IMG/VR virus record: IMGVR_UViG_3300036770_004723
Span: 1 to 64,000 of that record
Length of the DNA: 64,000 nt
Direction: 5' to 3' (one strand)
The position numbers and the translations under genes were made by a program. Positions 36,934 through 46,601 of this stretch are shown piece after piece (position 1 is the first letter of the stretch; every line of letters begins with the position of its first letter). A model generated the notes under the pieces. The model worked only from the letters and a program-made list of their open reading frames with translations, did no database searches and was not told the origin of the DNA.

Positions 36934-37884
36934 ATGAAAGTTTTTACATTAGTTTTTATTTTACTTTTGTCTTTTAATTGTTGGCCTCACAGTTTAAAGA
37001 TAGAAAACAAGCCAACAATATATCTGGTAACACAGAATCCGTTAGGTGCTTATTATGGAGATAGAGTAGCAAATCATTTAGCAAAGTCATTTAAAGATCA
37101 CCAAATAAATACATACTACCTGAACATGGATATAGGCACGTCAGATTCTAATATTAATTATTTGCTGAATTTGATAGTAGATGACATAAATAAAGTAAAT
37201 CCCAGCTTTGTTTTTGTTCATAATTCAGGACTGACGGTAGCCCTGAAAAAAGAATTAGGTTCGAAGTATATAATAAGTGATTTCTCAGTAACTAATACTA
37301 AGGATGACGTGTTACTAGAAGATCCTATAACAAAACTTATTTCTATATTAGATGCTTTTGACTACACAGTAGGTAAATATTATATAATAACGGATAAGAC
37401 AAATCAAAGTAAAAGAAATTCTTCTTTGTTCAAAAGATTGCTAAAAGCTAACAAAGTTAAAGACGTAGACATAGAGATACTTGAGGTCTCTGATGCAAAG
37501 AATTTAACTAAAGAGTTAAATAGACTTAACGGTTTACCTAAAGGTGTTATATTTAATGCGCTGTACTTGCTTCGTGATAATGAATTAAATAAAATAAAAT
37601 ACGCGGTAGAGCTGAAAAATCAACTAACAGAATTCAATAAAAAACACATTGATGTCAGTCCTTACTTAAGTGTTGGAGGCAATGAAGCACTTATATTTCT
37701 AATTGACTTAAATCAAGCCAACAGCTTTTTTAAAAAGTATATCAATAAGTCTTCAGATTCTGAAATAGAAAGGGCAAACTTTAAGGTATTGTTGAATGTT
37801 GATAGATTCGATAAGCTGGGATTAAAGGAGCATTATATGAAAAATATAAATGTTATTGATGGAGTAATTTATGACAAACATTAA
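36934..37884 (+). CDS. Secreted periplasmic-binding-protein-like (type I fold, ABC_sub_bind-like) protein
   Basis: Signal peptide MKVFTLVFILLLSF; IYLVTQ...YYLNMD...INKVNPSFVFV...YYIITDKT...VLLNVDRFDKLGL pattern. Confidence 0.55.
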   Translation: MKVFTLVFILLLSFNCWPHSLKIENKPTIYLVTQNPLGAYYGDRVANHLAKSFKDHQINTYYLNMDIGTSDSNINYLLNLIVDDINKVNPSFVFVHNSGLTVALKKELGSKYIISDFSVTNTKDDVLLEDPITKLISILDAFDYTVGKYYIITDKTNQSKRNSSLFKRLLKANKVKDVDIEILEVSDAKNLTKELNRLNGLPKGVIFNALYLLRDNELNKIKYAVELKNQLTEFNKKHIDVSPYLSVGGNEALIFLIDLNQANSFFKKYINKSSDSEIERANFKVLLNVDRFDKLGLKEHYMKNINVIDGVIYDKH

Positions 37885-38158
37885 TCCTAATCATATAAAG
37901 AGTTTGCTTATTATATTTGTAGCAATAGCGCTCTTTATGTTTTTAGGAGAGTTTTTTCTTAATGCAAAGGATGATAAAGAAAAAGCAATAAAAAACGAAA
38001 TAGTACTGTGCGCAAGCGCAATATGTATTAATAAGAAAATTGGACATCAATGTCTTGAAATAGATCCTGCCATGACACGGATAGTAATCGCAGAAGATCC
38101 TAATTCTAAGTCTCAACGTATTATCATAGAGACAGGAAACAGTTGTGCAAACAACTAA
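37871..38158 (+). CDS. Single-TM protein with small four-Cys domain
   Basis: SLLIIFVAIALFMFLGEFFL TM, then C-ASAI-C...C...C. Confidence 0.65.
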   Translation: MTNINPNHIKSLLIIFVAIALFMFLGEFFLNAKDDKEKAIKNEIVLCASAICINKKIGHQCLEIDPAMTRIVIAEDPNSKSQRIIIETGNSCANN

Positions 38159-38167
38159 GGGCTTAAA

Positions 38168-38698
38168 ATGGGTGATGTGTTTAAAGTGATATTAGATCAG
38201 TCACCAAGCACCGCAATTCTACTGCTGATTATTCTAGGTATGTCGTGGTTCATTTATAGTCACGCATTGCCTGCTATTCAAAATTTAAAAAATCATGAAA
38301 TAGAAAAAGAAGCGTGGATTAAAGAGCGTAATGATCTTAATACTATAATTGCCAACCACGTAGTTAACGATAAAACAGAACAGTTAATACAAGAATTAAT
38401 AAAAACTTGTCAGGCCACACATCAAAAAGTTTCTGAACTATCTTTACAAGTAGATGATGATTTTGAAAAGCTTGCAAAAGAAGTAGAGAACTTAATGCGT
38501 TTGTATCGTGAACTGATAGCATCAAGTGATAGTAATATGCTAAGAAGAACAGAAGGAGTGGATGCGAACCTTCAGTTAATAACGCAGCAAGTAAGTATTG
38601 TAAGTCACAAGTTATCAGGAATAACAGGCTTACTGGTTGGGAACCAACATAGAGCTGCACTCGAACTCATGGGTAGTGAGTTTAAGGATCTCAAGTGA
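38168..38698 (+). CDS. Single-TM coiled-coil protein
   Basis: AILLLIILGMSWFIY TM followed by heptad-rich helices. Confidence 0.65.
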   Translation: MGDVFKVILDQSPSTAILLLIILGMSWFIYSHALPAIQNLKNHEIEKEAWIKERNDLNTIIANHVVNDKTEQLIQELIKTCQATHQKVSELSLQVDDDFEKLAKEVENLMRLYRELIASSDSNMLRRTEGVDANLQLITQQVSIVSHKLSGITGLLVGNQHRAALELMGSEFKDLK

Positions 38699-39426
38699 TG
38701 TCTCTTGAATTTAAATCGATCATTTGCGAAACCAATTCAAGATCTTGGTTGTGCAAGAACCAACTAATAAGAATGTTTCTGAATTCGAAAAAATACAAAT
38801 TCAGTAATACAAGTTTAACAGTGCTTGAATCTGAAATAGATCTTACAACAGATCTAATTCGTTTAACGGAAAAAGAATTTTTAGATAATTTAGATATTAT
38901 CGAGGCCAGAAGAAACATACTGGAAAAATCCAGATTGTTGATGGCTACTCACATTGATTCTTTAAAGTCGAACACAAAATTAGAGCCTAGTCTATTGTTA
39001 GTGTATATGGCGGTCAAACAAAAATACATCAAAGTTTTGTTAGACAGATTAGCGGTATTCCTTCAACAAGAAAAAGAATTAAGCTATCCAGAAATAAGCA
39101 ATTTTTTATGTAGCGTATTAAACCACTTGGCCTTGATCTTAAGTGAGATAGACTATTTGGTATTCTGGAAGTCAGTGGACAATTTTGATCCTTTTGTTAC
39201 AATAGACTATTTAGATCTCGTGTTTACACGGGATATAGATAGAAACTTTATAACAGAAAGATTAAAATTTTATAAGGAAAATAATCTGTTACGTGATCCA
39301 TTTTTGTGTGTGAAGTTATATGTAAGTGCAGAAAGATTGGATAGTGATACAACATTATCTGATAGCTACGAACTTGCATTAGTAGAAATAAAAAAGTGTG
39401 GTTTTAAAATAATCTCCATTCTGTAG
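38695..39426 (+). CDS. Hypothetical alpha-helical soluble protein
   Basis: 243 aa, Leu-rich, overlaps upstream stop. Confidence 0.7.
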   Translation: MMSLEFKSIICETNSRSWLCKNQLIRMFLNSKKYKFSNTSLTVLESEIDLTTDLIRLTEKEFLDNLDIIEARRNILEKSRLLMATHIDSLKSNTKLEPSLLLVYMAVKQKYIKVLLDRLAVFLQQEKELSYPEISNFLCSVLNHLALILSEIDYLVFWKSVDNFDPFVTIDYLDLVFTRDIDRNFITERLKFYKENNLLRDPFLCVKLYVSAERLDSDTTLSDSYELALVEIKKCGFKIISIL

Positions 39427-39454
39427 TAAATAATCTTAAATAACTGAGGTATAT

Positions 39455-41155
39455 ATGTCTAAGCAATACGGTAATCTGGTATTCATGGGTCAAGGCCAAG
39501 TAAAAAACTTCACACCTGAAAAACTGGCGGCAGATCCAGTAGGTGTTGGTTTATGGGAAGGTCGCGTATGGACCAACGAAACTGAAAAATGTATTAAGTT
39601 CTTTTTAGATGGTGAAGTTAAGCAAGTTGCTGAAGGCGGTTCACTGGAAGATTATTTACGTCGTGACGGCACACTGAACATGTTGGCAGACCTGACTTTA
39701 AGTTCAGATGATCAAAGTGCTGCCGCAGACACTACTGCTGTAAGTAAGAAACATGTTGAAACTCGCTTATCTACCAAACAAAATACTGTAACTGGCGCAG
39801 CAACTTCAATCGTTACAGCAGATTTAACTGCTGAACGTGTTGCTGTTTCTGATGCAAGCGGTAAAGTTGCAGTTTCTGCTGTTACTACTACTGAATTGGG
39901 CTATGTTGGCGGTGTTACTTCAGGCATTCAAGCACAGATCGACAGCAAACAAGATGACCTTGGTTATGTACCAGTAAATCGCGCTGGTGATAGCATGACC
40001 GGCCAGCTGGCAATGAACAACGAACGTATCATTGGTGTAGGCGCTCCAGTTAACGCAAACGATGCAATTCGTAAGATCGATCTTGATACTGCAATCGCAA
40101 ACTTAAACTGGCAAGATGACGTATTAGCAATTCAAGTTGATAATACTTTAGTTCCAGAATTAGTTGAAGGTTCTCGTTACATTGTCACTGACGTTGCAAA
40201 TTTAAATGCGGGTTTCGGTGTTATTGCTGATGTAGCAAATAATGATATCGTTGAATATGTCGGCGGTGCTTTCGTTGTTGCATACGATATTAGTGCTGCT
40301 GGTGCGCAAGCTGCTGGTACTTTTACTACCAATATTGCTGACGGTTCATTCTATCGTTACAATGGTTCATGGTCACGTTTCGAAGGTGTTGACAGTATTG
40401 TTGCTGGTACGGGTTTAGTGCGTTCAGGTAACGTTTTCAACGTTAACATGGGTGCCGGTATTTCTGAATTACCTTCAGATGAAATCGGTATTGATGTACG
40501 TGCTAACGGTGGTTTATTTCTTACTGAAGATGGTTCAGTTGCCTCAACTGGTGCAAGCGCACAATTAGCTGTACTGTTACAGTCTACTGGCGGTCTGGAT
40601 ATCGGTGTTGACGGTGGCGTACAAGTTAAATCACAAGGTATCGTCGCAGCAATGTTAGGTGCTGTTGCTGCAAACGGTTTAACTGGTGGTAACGGTGTAG
40701 CTGTTAGTGTTTTAGCTGCTGACGCTTCTTTAACTGTTGATGTGTCTGGCGTTAAATTAAATGAAACACACACTGACGGCATTTATGCCCGTCAAGATGG
40801 TGCAGATTTTACTGGCGCTGTTACTGTACAGGCTCCAACTGCTAATGCAAATCCGGCTACAAAACTGTATGTTGATACAAAAGAAACTGCGTTACAGGAT
40901 GCTATCACAGCAGTAAATGCTCGCGTAACTGACGGTCATTTTGTTTATGATGGTACTGCTGCCGCTGCGTCAACACACACTGTTGCACACGGTATCGGTC
41001 AGAAATATGTTTCTGTAACTGTAGTAGATGAATTCGACAACGTTGTTGGCGTTGATGAAATTACTTATGTTGATGCAAACACTTTAACAGTTTCTGTATT
41101 GCCTGCAAGTAAAATCCGTGTAATCTGTGTTGGTTCGGCTCCAGTAGTAGCATAA
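39455..41155 (+). CDS. Probable high-copy virion fibre protein
   Basis: 566 aa, Ala/Gly/Val-rich; DAIRKIDLD and PATKLYVDT fibre motifs, AGTGLVRSGNVFNV repeats; strong codon bias; GAGGT RBS; followed by terminator. Confidence 0.75.
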   Translation: MSKQYGNLVFMGQGQVKNFTPEKLAADPVGVGLWEGRVWTNETEKCIKFFLDGEVKQVAEGGSLEDYLRRDGTLNMLADLTLSSDDQSAAADTTAVSKKHVETRLSTKQNTVTGAATSIVTADLTAERVAVSDASGKVAVSAVTTTELGYVGGVTSGIQAQIDSKQDDLGYVPVNRAGDSMTGQLAMNNERIIGVGAPVNANDAIRKIDLDTAIANLNWQDDVLAIQVDNTLVPELVEGSRYIVTDVANLNAGFGVIADVANNDIVEYVGGAFVVAYDISAAGAQAAGTFTTNIADGSFYRYNGSWSRFEGVDSIVAGTGLVRSGNVFNVNMGAGISELPSDEIGIDVRANGGLFLTEDGSVASTGASAQLAVLLQSTGGLDIGVDGGVQVKSQGIVAAMLGAVAANGLTGGNGVAVSVLAADASLTVDVSGVKLNETHTDGIYARQDGADFTGAVTVQAPTANANPATKLYVDTKETALQDAITAVNARVTDGHFVYDGTAAAASTHTVAHGIGQKYVSVTVVDEFDNVVGVDEITYVDANTLTVSVLPASKIRVICVGSAPVVA

Positions 41156-41181
41156 TACAGATTTATAACAAGATAAAAACT

Positions 41182-41207
41182 ATGGGGCGTTAATTCGCCC
41201 CATTTTT
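41182..41207 (+). terminator. Intrinsic terminator
   Basis: ATGGGGCG-TTAATT-CGCCCCAT followed by TTTT. Confidence 0.85.
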
Positions 41208-41238
41208 GTTTCTTCATTTTACACACGAAGGAAAACCT

Positions 41239-41847
41239 ATGAAATTTTTAGGTAAAATAAATCTCATGGGTAACACTGTAAAAAATATGACTATTGATAG
41301 CGACGATCAGGGAATTGAATTTCCAGGTGAAGGTCGCTTAGTTAGAAAAAATGGTCGCTTACTTTTAGGTGTTGCTTATATAGATGGATCAACGCAAGGA
41401 ATTGCGTATGTTCCTATGTTACAGGAAAAGAATACACACTTACATGATCAAACTGTTCCTAGTGTTGAGTGGATAATTACACACAACATGAATAGCACTA
41501 GATTAGCTGTGCAAGTTTGGCCAGAAGGTGAAGTAGGTACAGCTGAAAAAATCGAAGCAATTGATGCGGATACTGTACGAGTTACTTTTAGTATTCCAGT
41601 AACAGGCACCGCAACTGTTATTGTTGGTAATATAGATGGCTTACCTAAACCAGATATTCGTTTCGAACAAGCAGTAGTAGACCAAACTTCTGTAATGATA
41701 AATCACGGCTTAGGTTATGAACCAATTATACGTGTTCTAAACGAAGGCGGTTTAGAATTACTGAATTATTCCGTAACTCACCCAACAGTAAATAGTTCTA
41801 TGTTGACGTTTACCGATCAAACATCAGCAACAGTATACTGTTTTTAA
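41239..41847 (+). CDS. Virion protein with two H-x-Q...I-x-H-x-(L/M) modules
   Basis: ATG at 41239 after AAGGA; HLHDQTVPSVEWIITHNMN and FEQ...VMINHGLG. Confidence 0.7.
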   Translation: MKFLGKINLMGNTVKNMTIDSDDQGIEFPGEGRLVRKNGRLLLGVAYIDGSTQGIAYVPMLQEKNTHLHDQTVPSVEWIITHNMNSTRLAVQVWPEGEVGTAEKIEAIDADTVRVTFSIPVTGTATVIVGNIDGLPKPDIRFEQAVVDQTSVMINHGLGYEPIIRVLNEGGLELLNYSVTHPTVNSSMLTFTDQTSATVYCF

Positions 41848-41858
41848 GGAGATCGTAT

Positions 41859-42083
41859 ATGGCGATTCAGCTTACAGTACAATCTCACACACATTTACAG
41901 CAAGTACCTAGCAGTATGTGGGTAATAACGCATAATCTAGGTAGATTGCCTGCAATTGATGTTTATGTTAATCATCAAGGATCTTTGCAAAAAATTCAAC
42001 CAAAGAATATTGTAAAGCAAGATGATAATGTTTCGAAAATCTATTTCAGTCAACCTATGACTGGACAAGCGAGGGCGATCTAA
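41859..42083 (+). CDS. Small virion protein (single H-x-Q...WVITHNLG module)
   Basis: 74 aa, AAGGAG RBS. Confidence 0.75.
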   Translation: MAIQLTVQSHTHLQQVPSSMWVITHNLGRLPAIDVYVNHQGSLQKIQPKNIVKQDDNVSKIYFSQPMTGQARAI

Positions 42084-42631
42084 TGTTAATAGATGGCGCA
42101 CAACTATTAGAAGGCAGCACCTTAGAAATATCACCAATTGATTTTGGTACAGAGTTTCCGGTCAGTGCTGATGACGGCAAACGTTTCAAAAAAGAAGGAA
42201 CTGATGCAGGTAACTACGTGTATTCATTGTTTTTAAACAAATGGATAAAAGTAGATAATGTTAGTTTTAATAGCTATGATATAAGTGCAAGCATATTTGA
42301 TAGACCTAGATCTAATGATGTTGTAGTGCGACATATCGCAGCACGTACCTTTTATCTTAAAAAAGATTTAGAAGGTTCTTTAGCTAGTGCAAACTTAGCA
42401 GCAACAGATTTAACTGTGTTCGATGTTTTTGTTAAAAATGAAAATTCTAACACAAAAGTAGCTACATTAAAATTTTTAGCAGGATCTAGTATTGGTGTAT
42501 TTGAAAGCCTAGATACTCAAAATAGTATCATACTAGGTCGAGGCTACGAACTAATAATTGTAGCACCTGAAAATCGTGATGCAACTTTATCCAGTATTGC
42601 AATTACTCTATCAGGATACTTATTCGTCTGA
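42083..42631 (+). CDS. Virion structural protein
   Basis: C-terminal A..AAT..TVFDV...VATLKF.AG...G.F...L.IVAP...DATL..IAITLSG, a recurrent phage fibre-associated domain. Confidence 0.6.
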   Translation: MLIDGAQLLEGSTLEISPIDFGTEFPVSADDGKRFKKEGTDAGNYVYSLFLNKWIKVDNVSFNSYDISASIFDRPRSNDVVVRHIAARTFYLKKDLEGSLASANLAATDLTVFDVFVKNENSNTKVATLKFLAGSSIGVFESLDTQNSIILGRGYELIIVAPENRDATLSSIAITLSGYLFV

Positions 42632-42638
42632 GGTAAAT

Positions 42639-43565
42639 ATGGATCTGATTCAGTGGGACAAGTCGGCACTGTTAAATTTAATGGGAAATACAAATGGTAA
42701 TACTGAATGGTTGTTCTGTTACATGGACACAGACCAACTTGTTCCGCTGATGGAAGAAACCACTTCATTAAATGCCTTTCAGTATTTTGCACAGCATTGT
42801 ATAAGTACCAGAATATTATTGATGCGGGCTATAAATAATTCTATTGTGGATAAATTTGCTAGCATCCTATACAATGACGCTAATAGAATTTTTCACCACA
42901 GAGGAACTTTAGATGTTCCTTCTTCAAATCTTAAACGTATTGTACCTGTTAATCAGTACATAGAAAACATCAACGAACTCAGTTGGTTAAATTCAAATAT
43001 CCCCTTCTACTCTAGCGCTTTAATAAATTCAAGTCAAAGAAGTCAAAACATTTTAATTCCAATGCAGACTAAGTTAGTATTCGAATTCCACGATTTAATT
43101 GAAATAAATTCTATAAACTACTCAAATGCTTTGAGTTCAGTAGCGTCCAACCGACCGGATTTTCTTCAAATAGAATACAAAACAGATTTAGATCAGGATT
43201 GGATATCACTTCCTGAGATTACAGCTAATAACGCAAGCACGTCATTACAAACTTTTTTAATCAATGTATCATGCAAAGCCCTGAGAGTAGGTTCAAGAAA
43301 AACAAGTTTAGGTACTAACTGGTTGTTCGATACAATACAATTTAATACATTAATGGATAAGCATTTTCTAGGTGAAGAAGTTAGGTCTCTTATTATGATA
43401 CCTATTCCGAACAGCGGGCATGTCAATCCATCTATTTGGGGAACCGGTGTAAAAGTATTTGCTTTTGGCCTAAATGAATTAAAGATGAACATTCTTAAAA
43501 CAGATCGTTTTGTAGAATTAGGTGTAATAGCATCTAGATTAAGTTCAAAGGCGGTGATATTATGA
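42639..43565 (+). CDS. Array paralogue A1: scaffold + inserted discoidin-like domain
   Basis: ATG at 42639 after GAGGT; LVFEF..LIEINSINY...LQIEY...W...SCKALRV pattern. Confidence 0.65.
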   Translation: MDLIQWDKSALLNLMGNTNGNTEWLFCYMDTDQLVPLMEETTSLNAFQYFAQHCISTRILLMRAINNSIVDKFASILYNDANRIFHHRGTLDVPSSNLKRIVPVNQYIENINELSWLNSNIPFYSSALINSSQRSQNILIPMQTKLVFEFHDLIEINSINYSNALSSVASNRPDFLQIEYKTDLDQDWISLPEITANNASTSLQTFLINVSCKALRVGSRKTSLGTNWLFDTIQFNTLMDKHFLGEEVRSLIMIPIPNSGHVNPSIWGTGVKVFAFGLNELKMNILKTDRFVELGVIASRLSSKAVIL

Positions 43566-44074
43566 AAATGAATGTTGCTGCATCAAATCTAATGTTTCAA
43601 AGAAATTTATCAAGTCCTGTTGCTTTAAAATATCAAATTATTTTTGTACAAGGCTTTACTCACACTGCCTTAGAGCTAGAGAACAACTTTAATAATGTTG
43701 TTGGAGGCACGTTAACAAACATAAATACTTTAATAACTCAAATTGCAGGCAGAGGCGGAAAAGTAGTAGCTTTTGCTGAATTATTACCTAATACAGATCC
43801 TGTACTTAAAAATAACTTTGTTAATTTACTTGATTTTAATTGGAGTAAATTAAATCCAACTATTATAGCATCAGGTACACCTGACTGGTTTTTAATTTAC
43901 GTAAGAAATTCAAACGTAGCTTATAATGCGGCAGGTCCTTGTGTTTGGTCCGTGTATGGCACTATTACAAATTTTTCAGGTAACGGCGACCTTAAAGTAG
44001 GTAATAGAAATATGCTACTAGGTCAAATGTACAGCATGGGCAATTTTAGATTGAAACGTGAGGAAGTAATATGA
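43562..44074 (+). CDS. Array paralogue B1: scaffold only
   Basis: IIFVQG...SGTPDWFLIY...VYGTITNFSGNGDLKV. Confidence 0.7.
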   Translation: MKMNVAASNLMFQRNLSSPVALKYQIIFVQGFTHTALELENNFNNVVGGTLTNINTLITQIAGRGGKVVAFAELLPNTDPVLKNNFVNLLDFNWSKLNPTIIASGTPDWFLIYVRNSNVAYNAAGPCVWSVYGTITNFSGNGDLKVGNRNMLLGQMYSMGNFRLKREEVI

Positions 44075-44460
44075 GTAATAACCTTCTTCATCAGGCTAAT
44101 TTATTCGGCCAAGATTTCGATCAAAGTCTTTTCTTTTTCCGTCCAAAACAATTCACGTTTGATTTAAAATTGGATGATCTTGAAATAGTTAATACATCCA
44201 ATCCATTCTTAAATTTTAACTCTGAACCGATTAAAGTTGATTTTATAGATTCAAAAAATACAATTTTTGAATTCAATACAAACTCTTTGTCGGTGGATAT
44301 TATAAGATCTAAATCTAGTAAGTTTTCTTTTTCAGGTATGGGTATAAATTTAGGTATTTTGACAGCAAACAAAACATTAAATTCGCAGTTCACAAATACA
44401 ATAAATTCAAATATAGTGTTTGTACGTGAATCCTTTTTAAGCATTTCAATTTCAATTTGA
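44071..44460 (+). CDS. Array gene C1, ends FVRESFLSISISI
   Basis: 129 aa; C-terminus near-identical to 48833-49429. Confidence 0.7.
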   Translation: MSNNLLHQANLFGQDFDQSLFFFRPKQFTFDLKLDDLEIVNTSNPFLNFNSEPIKVDFIDSKNTIFEFNTNSLSVDIIRSKSSKFSFSGMGINLGILTANKTLNSQFTNTINSNIVFVRESFLSISISI

Positions 44461-44466
44461 GGTAAA
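44435..44466. repeat. 32-bp gene-junction direct repeat (1 mismatch), copy 1
   Basis: TTTTAAG(C/T)ATTTCAATTTCAATTTGAGGTAAA; copy 2 at 49404-49435. Confidence 0.9.
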
Positions 44467-44468
44467 AC

Positions 44469-45467
44469 ATGGAAACATTTGGATTAAATGCCACAATCAC
44501 TGAAGCAATGAAAAATACTATGCCGACTAGAGCATTAGCTTATTTATTTAACAATACTATGCCTGTGGATTTTAATTCACTTGGATTCCCACTGACAGCA
44601 AAAGGTCTTATCGAAAATTGCTCCAATGTACTAGTATTAAATAGTTACTTCGTTAATACAGAAGCCCGTAGTACATATTTTACAAGCTCTGCTTCTTTAA
44701 TTAAATCTGGTGATGTTGTAGCACAGTATCGCGGTGAACCCGTAACTGTACGTGAAGGTGCAAATGTAAGTTCTTCTTTTGCAGATCACGTCGTATGGTA
44801 TCCTAAATCAATTACCTGTAAAAATGACTACCGTGATCATAATACTTTTACTTGTTTTATGTACAAGACAAATGGTGAGTACGGTTTTGACGGCTTAGAT
44901 ACTTTTATTGCACGTACTACAGAAAACGACGAAGCAATTGTTTTTGAGTATGATACGGAACTTAGTGTTAATTGCTTTGGTATCAAGCAAAGCACAACAG
45001 TAGGTCAAGTAGCCAATCAGTTTGTTGTAGAGCGATGGGACGGCAATACGTGGGTAAGTATTGAAACAACGCCCGCCAATCAAACAGGCTATTTAATAAT
45101 TCGTTTTGCTGAAGTAACTGCTTCAAGATTCCGTATTAGGAAAATTGCTACTACAGGCGCTGTGGCTAACATTGATGTGGCGTTTGCTTACTTCGGTAAA
45201 TTTGGTTTTGCTCAAAATGAATTAAGAAAAAATGTAGTAGCGCCTAAATTTGCGATTATTGTACCAGAGCATATTTCAGCAACCACACTGAACAATTTAA
45301 TTACAAAGCAGAATGATATTTACGGAAACAGAAATTCAGATACTGATCATCTAATCATGTGCAGTGCTGGAACACCAGATCAAAATGTCTATATGCGAGT
45401 AAATTTTCCGTCAAACGACGTAAACAGTAAATACAATTTTTATCTGGTAGCAGGGCAATTACTTTAA
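44469..45467 (+). CDS. Array paralogue A2: scaffold + discoidin-like domain
   Basis: METFGLNA start; IVFEY...VNCFGIKQ...VERWDGNTW...ASRFRI; close paralogue of 52366. Confidence 0.75.
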   Translation: METFGLNATITEAMKNTMPTRALAYLFNNTMPVDFNSLGFPLTAKGLIENCSNVLVLNSYFVNTEARSTYFTSSASLIKSGDVVAQYRGEPVTVREGANVSSSFADHVVWYPKSITCKNDYRDHNTFTCFMYKTNGEYGFDGLDTFIARTTENDEAIVFEYDTELSVNCFGIKQSTTVGQVANQFVVERWDGNTWVSIETTPANQTGYLIIRFAEVTASRFRIRKIATTGAVANIDVAFAYFGKFGFAQNELRKNVVAPKFAIIVPEHISATTLNNLITKQNDIYGNRNSDTDHLIMCSAGTPDQNVYMRVNFPSNDVNSKYNFYLVAGQLL

Positions 45468-45478
45468 GGCGATTGTTT

Positions 45479-46597
45479 ATGAAAATGTTAGGACTAAAAA
45501 ACTCGTTAGCTAAAGCCTTTTCTGATACGGTAGTAGGTACTACTTTTGCAGAAGGTCACTATAATTGCACTGTATTTTTGTTTGATGAACCTATACCGAC
45601 GGATTTAAATACATTCAGGTCAGCCTCCGCCGGATATAAAAGTGATTTTAATTATGAATTAGTCAAAGATTGTGTTGGTATGTTTAATGCTAAATTCTAC
45701 TACGATCAGGCTAAAGATAAATTTGCTTTAACAAATGCAACAGGGGCATCTGAAAATCAGTCAAGTAGTTTAAGAAAAAACGATCAATACGCTCCAGAAG
45801 GTATAAGTTGCTTACTTCTACCTTCAGTTAGCCCAACATCAATGGTTACGCCAGTAGCATCAACACTCCCAACAAATACATTATATTACGCGCCATCTGT
45901 GTTGAAACAACTTCCAGCTTCATTAAGTGTTACAGATATACAAGGAACCTCAGATTTTTCTGCGATAACACAGGTAGAGAATTTTGCGCACCCTAGATTA
46001 GGATCGAATAGACCTGTAAAAAATATACTAAATTTAGTATACGGGGACCCAAACGGATTTGGATCTCACCCAAGAATTAGAATAATATCAAAATATAAAC
46101 AAGCTAAAACATTTGATAGAATTTTGATAAAGATTTCATATAGCATTAGGGTAGATGCTTGCACATTACGCATACACGCTAAATCAGGCCAAGGAGCTTT
46201 TAACCTAGTTACTGAATTTAGGTTTGTTCCGACCGAGACAGGTAAATATTTAGAAATAAACTTACCTCCATTTGAAGCAGATACTATTCATTTAAGTGGG
46301 CATTTTTTAGCGGGCGGTTTGACTCAAGGAAGTCCTGGTGTCATAAATTTAAGTGAATTGGTTTTTGGTAGATCAGGACAAACTTCTGAAGTACCGGCGT
46401 TAACCTCTAATTTCGGAATAGTAGCGTTTGGTACAAAAGATTATGGTTTAAGAATGAATGATCCTAACGGAAGATTTGTTCAATCGCATGTACCAATGTT
46501 TTTACTTGAAACTGGATCTGGTATAACAAAGCTAGATACGAATTTGAACGTACCTACAAATTTCCTCCGTCTAAATAAAAATGTAGAATTTGGATAA
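45479..46597 (+). CDS. Array paralogue A3: scaffold + beta-sandwich insert
   Basis: Likely ATG at 45479; VFLFDEPIP scaffold start; related to 53365. Confidence 0.7.
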   Translation: MKMLGLKNSLAKAFSDTVVGTTFAEGHYNCTVFLFDEPIPTDLNTFRSASAGYKSDFNYELVKDCVGMFNAKFYYDQAKDKFALTNATGASENQSSSLRKNDQYAPEGISCLLLPSVSPTSMVTPVASTLPTNTLYYAPSVLKQLPASLSVTDIQGTSDFSAITQVENFAHPRLGSNRPVKNILNLVYGDPNGFGSHPRIRIISKYKQAKTFDRILIKISYSIRVDACTLRIHAKSGQGAFNLVTEFRFVPTETGKYLEINLPPFEADTIHLSGHFLAGGLTQGSPGVINLSELVFGRSGQTSEVPALTSNFGIVAFGTKDYGLRMNDPNGRFVQSHVPMFLLETGSGITKLDTNLNVPTNFLRLNKNVEFG

Positions 46598-46601
46598 TAA
46601 C

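Noticed and set aside
40357-40782. 141-aa minus-strand ORF inside the 39455 gene
   Set aside because: Open antisense frame caused by the strong codon bias of the sense gene
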